A DNA stretch of 62,850 nucleotides, counting the filler, from Asterionella formosa (Eukaryota), in the NCBI GenBank assembly GCA_002256025.1. It is 22 parts of 22 records of this genome, joined end to end, with 100 filler letters (N's around TTAATTAATTAA, not from the genome) between each part and the next. Parts side by side here need not be neighbours in the genome. Positions count along the whole stretch, not along the records: positions 1 to 26,604 come from NKIB01001681.1; 21 more parts are not named here. The stretch is one strand, 5' to 3'. Positions 10,898 through 22,400 of the stretch are shown here, one piece after another (position 1 is the first letter of the stretch; each line of letters begins with the position of its first letter). Position numbers and translations under genes: made by a program. Under the pieces are notes generated by a model. That model saw nothing but the letters and a program-made list of their open reading frames with translations, made no database searches and was not told where the DNA came from.

Positions 10898-13800
10898 TAC
10901 CTGGTAGTCCACCTGGCATGAATAATATACTGGTATGAATAAAAGAACAATACTTTCAAAAGTTTCGAAAATGGGAAATGATTCGAAATCCCGCATTTAT
11001 GTGGTATGCAAATAAATATTTAAATTTAAATCCGCATGATGTGCATTTGAAACCCTAGGCAAAAATTAAAATATTGGTTAGGGTTGCCGAAAATCCCTGG
11101 AAATTTGAAATTTTATTAGCTATTTTTGAATGAAGTGATTCCATTTGAAATATTTAAATCAATGGAAATTCGCGCGTACCACATGCAACATGATGTGCTT
11201 AAAATTAGATGCGACTAAAAGGGCATTAATTTTGGTGGTAAAAAGATTTCTAACTTCTTCACATTGTTTACAGCTAAATTAATTTCGTTTTGTCGCTGCA
11301 ATCAAGAGAAAGGAAATGAGGGGTTGATCGAAAACGATTTCTCTCATTTCTTAGCCAATCTTGGCAACATTTAAAATTAATCTCTAATACATGTAAGGCG
11401 AGCTTAAGTATGAAATTTGGCCAAGATTGGCTGAAAGATTTAGAAGTTGAAAATCGCAAAGTAACAATAATAATTTTTTTGGAGTTTTAGCGCTGGTATG
11501 TTTTGACATTGAAACGTCACATTTAGAAGTAGTTTTGTCAGGATGAAGCTAGACAAAACTACTCATATATACAAAGGATTGTCACAATGATGAGATTGAT
11601 TTAAGCGACAATTACTCTAGTACTGCTAACTGGGATGTTTTGCTCCGCTTTTCCGCAGTGCTGCTGACATCGAAGAACACTAAAATCGTGCCATCAGTTC
11701 TACGATTTTACAAAAATAAATCGAAAAAGTTGTCTGTATTTGAATGCAGCTAGTGGAAACGACAATCAACAGGTTGATGCAAGCACCCTCTTCATCCAAC
11801 AACCAACAAGTGTCACAATGGAAATTTATCCCACCAAAGCATCAAATGCTATCACAAGCGCCACAACATCCATGAATGACATTGACAAAATCAAGAACAA
11901 GAGGACTTTTTCCAGTATACCCAAGTGACAACAAGCGCCCACAACAAGCAACAACCAACAAGCACGCAAGCACGAAGATCTTACTGCCAAGAACCAACAC
12001 AAGGCATTATGAGCGCCGCAACAGCAATCAAATCTACGAAGTCAAGAACAAGACTGTTTTTACAACACACAACCTCCCACAACAAAGAACAAGAACCAAC
12101 TAGTGGAATGATGGTACCGGAAGATCTCACTGTTCTGCCAAGGACCAGCCTACACAAGGCATAATGATAATCACATCTACGATTTCGTTAAGAAAACAAT
12201 GTTTGCATAATAATACTCCTTTACATTGCAGCTTCAATGGAGATTTGATTGTTTGATTGATTTTAGACTAAAAATAGTACAGCTTTACTAGCGAATACCG
12301 GTATGACATACCGCCGTCACACCATGATATATGAAAAATACGCGACGAAGCTAGTAAAATCTGGTTCCACTATACTGTCCCTATTTTTGTATAGACAAAC
12401 TCACCCGTTTACTGTAAAAGTCGTAAATAGTCTTCAATGAATTCAAATAGACAGGAATGTTGCCTGTAAAGGTTGTTTTTAGATCCATAGTGGTCTTAAA
12501 AGTTACTGCCATGGTCGTTTGAAAGTCACTAGCTTTGTCGTGTTAAGTGATTTTTCGGGGTATCAAATCAATTTTTAGCGATGATTACTACTATGAACTA
12601 GTATCAAAAAATATTATAGGGTTTATTGAAAAGATTCAAAAGTACAATAGGGATTTTATTGACAAGCCTCATCAAAAAAATCGGGGAAACTAGCAAAACA
12701 AGTTTTAGCTTTAACAGCGAACCACTCAAAGAGATTACAGGGACTAACCCAATCGATAAGCCTCTTCACCTTTTGCCCACCAGCTCTAACACCTTGCTTC
12801 TTTCACGTCAAGATCTTCGCACAACATGTCAAAATGCAAGAAAATACCTCAAGGCATAATTTTGTACTGACTATCATGGACATAACAGTTCTCGTAGTAG
12901 TTAGAATTTCTATGGAATCTTGGGTAGTTCATTTTGAAGTTAAATATAGAAATATAATTAGCATGCAACAATCCACTGCTTGTTCCTTAAGCGACTAGAA
13001 ATGTCGCATCGTTTTGAGAAAAACTAATTCCCAAAAAAACCATTGTGCATTTAGAAACACTTATGTGCAAGGATGGTAATGGAACGTCCCTCCACATACT
13101 CTGGAAATCATCAAAGAAAGGCAACGAGAGGCGGTAGTTCATCAAACAGCTCGCACTGGAGGTACTAGCTTACACTAAGAGGCTACCTTAGCAATCCCCA
13201 CCCTAGCTATCGTCTTGCTTTTCGATGAGAACTGTGGTAATTTAAGTAATTTTTAGTATCTCCAGGTAATTTTTATTTAGGGACAATATAGGGGCCCAGT
13301 GAATTTTTCGGTAGTCCAATTTTAGGTTTGAGCAGGGACCATCGAGCAACATCATAAGTAGAATTTTCATGGGAAAAAGTCTATACACATCAAAAATGCA
13401 TGGAGCACCGAATATACCGGTACCATTGAAAATTCGAACCAATGTTCAGCCAAAGTATGAAACAGAAAATGTCAACATGAACAGATCATAGACAACACAA
13501 TTTTTTACCAAATTCCTAGACGAGGGAGTGACTACCACAACCCACCCTTCATCAACCAAATCTTACAGGGCCATTGAGCGCAATGAATACAATCCTAATC
13601 AAGGCTAGTATTAATTCGCTATAAAAATTAATTTTTATATGTATGCTGGGGATTATTTCATCATCATGAATGCCATCATCACCACATGGTCTGGCTGATG
13701 ATGATGGTTGTTGAGGATAAACGACTACTGTTAGCAGACATACTAAGTATATCTAGTACTGTAATGACTGCACAGTCTGCACGACCGACAGTCATGGTGA

Positions 13801-14916
13801 GGAATTCCATTGAACAAGAAGGTCAGTTCAGGAAAGTATATGCAGGATTCGTAAATGGAATAGCAATTCCTACAGAGCAAGTCCAACATGCAAGATTAAA
13901 TGATAAGACTGAGACGATTGGAATTGCAAATCGTATGAAATCGACCAATGAGAAAGAGTGGATTGAGGTGAAGAACAAATCCAAGAAAGTAATATTCTTG
14001 AAACAAGATCAATTTGGTAAGACCAAGTAATTTGGCAGGATTGATAGAATTTGGTAAGATTGATAGAAAAAGTAATCTGAAGTTATCACAACATTGAAAG
14101 AGGTTAATCTAAAAGTAGATTAAAGTGTTGTCGAAAACTACGGTAGCTAGTGGAGAACTAGTAGTACTGGACACTAGACGCGTAAGTAATATCAAGGAGA
14201 TCTGGAACATCTCAACAGATGGTATTACCAGTACCAGCTACCCGGTGCCTTCAGTACCTGGTGCCAGGAACCGGTGCTACACAGCTGGCATTGATGTCTT
14301 TGTGGAAATCCATGTCCTCTCCACACTGTAGTAGAGCAAGTGAAGCTCCCATTGAACTAGCTTCTAGCACTGCTGCATGGAATGGTATTAATTATTTTAT
14401 ACGTTGAAAACTACTATTTAAAATTTTATTATGGTAGATTTTATCATACTACATACAGTATAAGGAACTTTTATAGTTGACAAAATACATGATATTCGGG
14501 CGATAAGGGGGTCATTCTCGACCGAGATCAAAGCTAATGTGGTCTTGGTCGCCGATGCGGTCGTCGCTTAAATATTTTTGTTTTTTCGACAGACATGACA
14601 CATCATGACATATATATAATGACCCGCAACTTCAATTTACTTGGTATGTGGTCGATGCGGTGGCGATGCTCTTTTATATGTACCGGCATATGTAATCTTA
14701 TCTAAATATTAAAAGAAAAAAATGTGAAAAACTTATGATTTATGACAGCCATTCATGTACACACACATTCCGGTGTATACAGCCATACACGTTATGCTCG
14801 ATGTAAAAATTACCCCGATCTGTTATATACTTTTTATGACTGAGACATAACACCATCCAGGTACCAGTAATCATCCCAATAGCATACCGGCAAAGCACTC
14901 AAATCGACTTTTATCC

Positions 14917-16104
14917 ATGACGATGTTAAGAACCGTTACTCTGATTTCTGGCCTCACTCTACTTAGCTTCGTGGCATGGACGGCAAAAACACAACCAAAA
15001 GCTACGGGCGAACCTCTGATGACAGTCAGAAGGTTGATGGACCCACGAACAGTCGAAACAAAAGGACCACGCTCTGCCAGTTCCTACCTCGATCCGTTGC
15101 CTTTCGCACTCCCTGAACAGGCCAGGGATTGGTGCGTTGAAACAGACCTTGGCCGCCTACCATATGAGCGATGTGATCCAAATAAACCACTGAATGTGAT
15201 TCGCCTCGTTGGAGGTATGACAAATGCATTCAAGGGAGTATTGCTGGGAGCGATTCTATCCTTTGAAGAAAACAGGTGTTTTTACTTAGATGAATCAAGA
15301 TCGCATCTGCGATTGCGAAATAAAGATCAGGGTGAAGACCCTATTCCTTCTATTGTCAACAGGTACTTCGAGCCCATTGGTCTTCAAAAGGATCACCCAA
15401 ACGTGAAACAAGCATTCAGAGATGGTTATTTCCAGTACCGAGAATACACCGATCTCTGGGATGATTTACGTGTCCGTCGGCCTGTAAATACCACATCTTC
15501 CATTGAAAACCTCTTTTATCAAGAAATTGAAGGCCATCACTTGAAACGCACAATGTTGAAACGCATGTGGAGGTTCCTACCGCAGTTCCGAAATCGTGCC
15601 TGTTCGGGATTAGAGACCCATTTGCCATCGTCAGAGGATTACATGGCAATGTCGATTCGTCGAGGTGACAAGACATTGGAAGGCGTTACTTATCTCGATA
15701 TTCGGATGTACATTGACAACGCACAAGAAGCAATTGGTACTATATTTGATGGTAGAGTACCGACTATTTTTGTTGCAACCGATGATTGCAGCGCTCTTGG
15801 CGAGCTCCGCTCACTTCGACCAAGTTGGATCTTTGTGAGCGAATGTGATATTACAACCAAGGATTCGTCGGATCTTCATGGGTTCACCCTCAGAGATATG
15901 AAAGAATGGACTATAGAACAGACAGATGCGCATTATGAAAAGTTTTTTGTTGAGCTACTTGGCCTGGTGTCGGCCAAGTATTTTATTGGAACAGCATACA
16001 CAAATGTGAGTTGGTGGGTGTTTTTTATGCGTCGGCCGGATCGGGACTCATTTCAATTGTTGGATCCACCGAATGGGAAAGATCACCTCTTGAACTTTTG
16101 GTAA
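14917..16104 (+). CDS. Type II membrane glycosyltransferase, alpha-1,6-fucosyltransferase-like (GT23/FUT8/NodZ superfamily), copy 2
   Basis: Intact 395-aa ORF with an N-terminal anchor and SIRRGDK, IFVATDD and FIGTAYTNVS motifs. It aligns end to end with 7680..8876. Confidence 0.8.
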   Translation: MTMLRTVTLISGLTLLSFVAWTAKTQPKATGEPLMTVRRLMDPRTVETKGPRSASSYLDPLPFALPEQARDWCVETDLGRLPYERCDPNKPLNVIRLVGGMTNAFKGVLLGAILSFEENRCFYLDESRSHLRLRNKDQGEDPIPSIVNRYFEPIGLQKDHPNVKQAFRDGYFQYREYTDLWDDLRVRRPVNTTSSIENLFYQEIEGHHLKRTMLKRMWRFLPQFRNRACSGLETHLPSSEDYMAMSIRRGDKTLEGVTYLDIRMYIDNAQEAIGTIFDGRVPTIFVATDDCSALGELRSLRPSWIFVSECDITTKDSSDLHGFTLRDMKEWTIEQTDAHYEKFFVELLGLVSAKYFIGTAYTNVSWWVFFMRRPDRDSFQLLDPPNGKDHLLNFW

Positions 16105-16407
16105 CGTTGATTGAGCTAGAAAGTCTAATTGAGTTTTTTTCGAACATTGTTCACTTTTTGCCGATGAATCGTAGATTGATATTGGAAACTTTGTATCTTT
16201 GTTATTGTTATATATTAGATTCTCATTGAATCCGTGATAAACGTGAAACACATTTCATCCGGAAAAGTCTTCAAACTTTACAGTTTAAAGCTTCCCTCAA
16301 ATGATATGGTATCAAATCCCTTGGGCATGCTAAAAGCAAGCGGTTGGACACCTCCTTGAAGGAGCGTGCCCACACCTAGTATTATTATGTTCCGACTTTG
16401 TAAACAA

Positions 16408-19400
16408 TCATTCGATTGCCGTTTCGAGAATTCTTTTGGCACACATGTAGCTTCCAGCATCCTTCTTGGCTTCGATCACTCGCTTCAATGCAGTGCTGAA
16501 ATCGCAAGCTTTCCTTGGGGCCTTTCCTGGACGCGCAATCATAAGTGGTGTCATCATGAGTGTTTTAGGCAACACACCTAACTTGAGCTGACTTGACTCC
16601 GTTCCACACATTACACTAGCGACAATCTGGAGTGAGTTGCTAGTCGCCGCTTCCCATTGGAGCTGGTCATCATCAACAAGCATGGACTTGGCAGAATCAT
16701 ATCGCCATTGTGTAAGGTTGATCATGGAAACCAGAACATCTTTCTTGGCCACTACAGTGCGCAGGGCATCAATGTTGTATGCCACCATCAATATATGAGA
16801 TATGTGATATGCGAAGAGAGAGCCATGTTCACGGTCTGCTTCAGATCCCATAATACGTGCTACAGTGAAAGTTCGAATAAGAGTAATCCACTGTGGTATG
16901 AGAGATTCCACAATTGGACACTGATGCACTAGAGGGAGATCGGGAAAAATTCTTCCCAACCCTTCGGCAACAGCACTCTTCAGCAAATTCGAGCTCGTCA
17001 GTTGCAGAGCGTCATTTAAAGCAATGGCAAGCTTGAAAATAAAAAGAGACTCCATAGATTCACTAGTTGATGCAAATGGAACAGCCTTGACAAGGAAGGT
17101 GGTTGTTTGGCTGCGAAGATCAACATGTGTCTTTGAATCACTTGTCAGGACAAGAACTGCACTAAGGAACTCTTGATCTTTCAGCGTCCTTTCACGACAC
17201 TCTCGCACAAGGATAATATTGGTCAGGAATGCCAATGCGGCAACCTCGAGTTCTGAACATCCTAGTCCTGGGTTCACCTTTGTCATGGAACAACCCTTAA
17301 CGAATCCTTTTGCCTGGGTTTTGATTGCTAATGTATGTCGTTGTGGTTCTACTTCGGCAGTCCCATCTTCATTGTCAACTCTACCCGGTCCGTCCATTCC
17401 TTGGTTTTTTACTTGATCAGAAGTAACAACAATGTCATCCTCAGGAGTTATCACCTTGACCAATGAAGTTATGAGTTGAATGGCACGAGTTGTGCAGATT
17501 TCAAACTCATCTTTGGTCGTGACAGCACGACGTCCCTTTGAGCTTAGTGAAAGATCAGCCAACACACTGAATGCCGCACCTTCAACTTTCCTCATGGTTG
17601 CCACATTGTGTGTGTCATGGTGCTGACTTCCCACAATCAATTTCATTATGGAAACATGTCCATCCACATCCAACAAAATGGAAGGATTTTCCTTGCAAGC
17701 ATGCTTCAGTGCAAAAATCGCAGAAAGCTCTCCTTCTGCTGCAATCAGACTAAGAGCGTGCAACCCACCAATTGATGCAATAACTTGAAGGCCACTTGGA
17801 TGTTGAGCAATAGCACATAACATTTTGACATCGGGCGCTTCCATGACGTCATCGACATCATCAACATCATATTGCTGAAGCCTTGCTCTTTCAATAAACC
17901 GAGAAGTCACCATCTGGCATATCTTCGTGCCGAGTCTAAGGGCAATTGCTGTTGACTCATCTGACGAAAGTTGCATAACTTTTTTCTCACCTTCGTCAAC
18001 TGTACAGAGCTCCACAAGGCATTGCATGCATCTGCTAGACATTGTTGAAGAGGTGGCTTCTAGTTCGCCGTCTTCGTCTTCCTTGTTACCCTCATCTGCA
18101 AGACATGCTGCCGCAAGAGCGGAAACGGCACTGCTTTTAACAGAGAATTTCTCAACAGATTGTGTCAATAATCCATTTTCAGCCAAAGATCCAAGGATGG
18201 ATGCAATGACACGACGGATTTCACCCACTTGAGAGGAAGAGATGTCAACAGTATGATCAACGTTGAGCATGTCAAAAAGTGACAACAGCGTAGATTTGGT
18301 TTTAACGAAAATATGGAGTAGGTCATCTTCATGAGAGGTCACCATAATTTTGATTATGTCGAAAGCAAGGTCAATTAAAGAAGGGTCTTGCCAGATTGTA
18401 AGGCACATCTGTGGAACTTCAAATGCAACAAGCATAGAAATCATGTAAGGATCCTTTGTGTGATGGACCAAACCATCCTTGAGGCCTTCTAGGAGTCGAT
18501 ATCTCACAAGAGGCCTTGTGATGGATAAAAAATCACTAGACTTTTTCTCATCGATTGGAAAGAAGGGACCCTTGATATCATCCAGTAGCAGGTGCAAATA
18601 ATGGGCGCACATTGTTGCTGCAGTTTCTTGATCTATGCCTGCATTCTTACCATTTCGAAGAAGTAGGGTGTTCCAGAAAGCATCACTAGCATTGTTCTCA
18701 ATCGCACAAGCATACACACACAGGCTAAATAGAAGAGCAAGCGCAGCATGATGCGTTGTGTCATAGTGTAAGCAGTGTTCTTGTACGAGCACAAACGGAG
18801 GACCATAAGACCGAGCAATCTCAAGCATTTCACCTTCATCAGCGTCTTCATCAGAGCGCACAAACTTCATTTGTGTCCTAAGTAGAAGCGTTGAGCACAT
18901 TGCCTTGATAAATAAAGGCTCACTCGCTACAATTGCGACCAACTTGCTTACAACAGGAGATTGGAGTACCATATGAATACCTCCCGGAGCGGATTCCAAG
19001 TCAGACAAGAACAAGTGCAAAATCTCGAGACCCCAAAATGTAATATCAGCGCGGCTATCGGTGGGCTTTCTGGGTGTTTCTGTCGCTGCATTGCCGAGGG
19101 CATGACAAACTGCTTTGATCACTCCACATTCTAGAAATCTGGCTTCTCGTCGGGCTTCCTCATTAGTTGCAATCACATGAAGGACTTCAAGCGCCAACAT
19201 TGGCATCTCATCATCTCCATCAGCTAATGCAGTTCCTGTGGCACACTGTCCCACCATTTTCCCAAGTGGCTCTGCAAGGCCCACTCTTGCCGCCGACACT
19301 GCATGCGATGGAAGCTGGACAATCTGCATAATGGCCCGCAACGCAGCACACCGAGTATCTTTACCATCCTCTCTTCCACTATCGCATGCGCTATGAAGGT

Positions 19401-22400
19401 ATGTCACAATGGCCGGGAGCGCATCTTTCGAAATTGAGCTCCACAATGAAGCGTTGCTGCTCAGAGCCTCAAGAGCGCTAATACATTCGGCCTTGATCGA
19501 TTCATGACGCTCGAGTTCCTCCATGGGCATATAAGGGTCGACTGGAATGGTCAAGACACTAGTCGCTACCTTAATTGCCTCCCTTACAGACTGAAGTCCA
19601 TTACCTTCTCCAGCAGCAACATGTGGGCCGCAGAATCGAACCAACGTTAGACACGCAGAAAATTTGAAAATGTCGCCCTGTGAAAGGGCATTCCGAAGCG
19701 AATCACTAATAGGTACCAGGATTCCACTCATGGCGAGTTTAGCATGGTGTTCCAAGCTTCCATTCTGTGCAATAGCCAAGGACAATCTCAATGATGCTAG
19801 CAAAGTACCTTCTCCAAAGCCACCAACAAGCATTGCTGGAAGTAGTGAGCTCTGCCCACGTTCCTGAGACATTACAATAATATCACATGCAACGCCGCAT
19901 ACTTCTTGTTTTCGAACCTTGAACGAGTTTTCTTGTGGCGTGAGATCACCAATCTTGGCAAGATACTCACTTCCTGGAATCAGTGTTGACCCACACATGC
20001 TCCCAACACATTGAAGCGAGGATTCTACTAAATCCATCAAGGCAGCGTGGTAATGAGGCCCATAATTCAACTGACCCATCAGTGCATTTCGAGCAAGCAT
20101 GGTTGATTTCTGCAGAATTGCTAATGCTCCCGTCATGATATTACGAGGAGGTTTTCGAGAATACGCATCGGAATCGACAACTTCATAGAGGCGATTTTGG
20201 CCCATTCCTTTCTCATCCATACCAGCGATACCGTATATGACGCATAGCATCCGACATGCGACATCTCTAGCTTTCATGGCTCCAACTGCCTTGTCCTGTG
20301 ATTCCCAATCCATCTTGTCGAATAGGATTCTAGAAAGTGTCGATATGGTACCTGCATCAATGGTTTCCAATAATGTGTCCACTAGTTCCGACGAAGATTC
20401 TCCATTGTGCCACGACATTGATAAAAGGACAGTTGCAGTTTGCAGCATCCCAAGGCAGCGAGGTGCGCCGTCACCTCGGAGAGTCGAGGTCGCTGCCATG
20501 CAAGGATCACTCATGGCGGCCAACATGGATGAAACGGCATGGCAGGATTTCAGTTCAGCAATGGCATCCCCAGAGCATTGAGCCAGAGCTGCCAATATCA
20601 TTCCGGCGCACTCTCGGATACGAGACGAGGGGGTATCGGAGGAAAGTGATTGGGACGACGACGATTCCAAAACAGCCAATATGACTGGAATGACGCCCTC
20701 TTCTGTCATGGCATCAACTGCCTTTTGCATCAAATGAGGAGATGCCTTGCCCATCTCACTTATTGCCATGATTATTGCGGCCAAAGCTTCCATTCCGCGC
20801 TTCTTGAGTTCCAAGGGCCTTTTCATCCGACCGCCCGTTTCCGGATCTTTCATCAGAGACAACAAAGCTGGAAGACAGGATCCAGTTGCTATGGCCAAAG
20901 CAGCTTCACGAGATGCCCCAAGTCCGTCCTTGTCATTTGTGCAGTCATAATTCTCCACTAGAGTTGCTGTTCCTCTTGGATCTTCCAACAAGGGCAACAC
21001 TAATGACGAAGCAAAGCCTAATCCCATTCCGGCAACTCCATTATCGGCCGACAAGAGCAGCTGCGAAAGCGACGGGCCACAACCTCCTCCATTGACGATA
21101 GCTCGCACAATATCACCATCCTTTTCTTGCTGGCGTCCAGCCTGGCCTCCCGTCATTTCATACAAAGCACCTAATGACCTGTCAATGGCTCTCGTTGCCG
21201 TCAAGGTAGCCCCCAACGCTCCCATTGCGTGTGCTCGGGTATCAGCATCATCAGCACCGATCAGACTGCACAAAATCATGATACCTCCTGTCGAGACTAG
21301 TTGATCTAAGAAAGATTCATATGTTACATCTGGACGGTCCTGCCCTGTCGCTATGGCTGCGGCAACGTCGTTCGATCCAATCGTTGTACGTCGTTGATCT
21401 TCGACAACTAGATTCCCAATACAAGCAGTAGCCCAGCGCTGTAAGTTCGGATTCTTGGAGGCCGATGAGTGATCCAACATGGACCGAAAAGCTCTAGGTA
21501 GGTCTAAGGAGTTCACACCGCCAAAGTCTTGATTTGGTAGCTCGTCACGAAGTTGAGATTGTTTGGGAATCAATGACGTCAACATGGACGAATCTGTAAG
21601 ATAAAAAATAGCCTGTGCGGCTTGCTCTTGGATAAATAGGGTTTTGCGATCTGATCCACTTCGTTCCAACAAGGTCAAAATATCATCAATTGCTTGTTGA
21701 CCGCCGTATAGGTAGATGGCATGACAAAAGTCCATGTTATTGACAATGGATCCAAGTGCTAACAATGAGGCGATTGCCCGTACAGCTCGATCTGATGTGG
21801 ATCTCAAGGACAAGTGCTTGACAATGGCAGGGATTAAGACATTGACAGGAATTGTCATTTTTTCTTCAAATCCAGAGGAGGACTGCAACATTCCGTCCAA
21901 ATCCGATGTGAGCGCGGACAGCGCAGCCGCCACATTCTTCGCAGTTGCCACACTCGTATCTTCAGCATCTTCCTCGCTCTCTGTTGGGCCCATTTTCCCT
22001 GGCTCATACAAAGTCAGTGGCGTCAAGTATCGACGCATACTAAAGAAATTTCCCTTGTCCACATCTTCGAAACAAAAGTCACAGACGCGTACCGCCTTTT
22101 CAAACTCCGGTCCTTCCAAGGGCAAGGTCACGCGATGATTACTGCATGCGTCACAAAAGACGTCCCCGCACAAGCGACAGTGGTGTCTCCGGTTCCTAAT
22201 GGTGAACAAGACGTCGCAATGTGGACAGTCACGACGGAGCGCATCCGTCACCTTCTTGACTTTAAATTCCAAATTGGGTAGAGAGTCCGAGAAATCAACA
22301 TCCACGGGTGTATGGCTGTGATAGTATGCCGCTTCTTGGAAGGAGGATCTATGTGTGAGATTCGAAGTCGAGGGATCTGGCTTGGTCGTGTAGGAAGAGG

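Noticed and set aside
11740..12170. Thr/Gln/Asn-rich short ORFs
   Set aside because: They arise from CAA-rich, degenerate local duplications, and no consistent frame exists.
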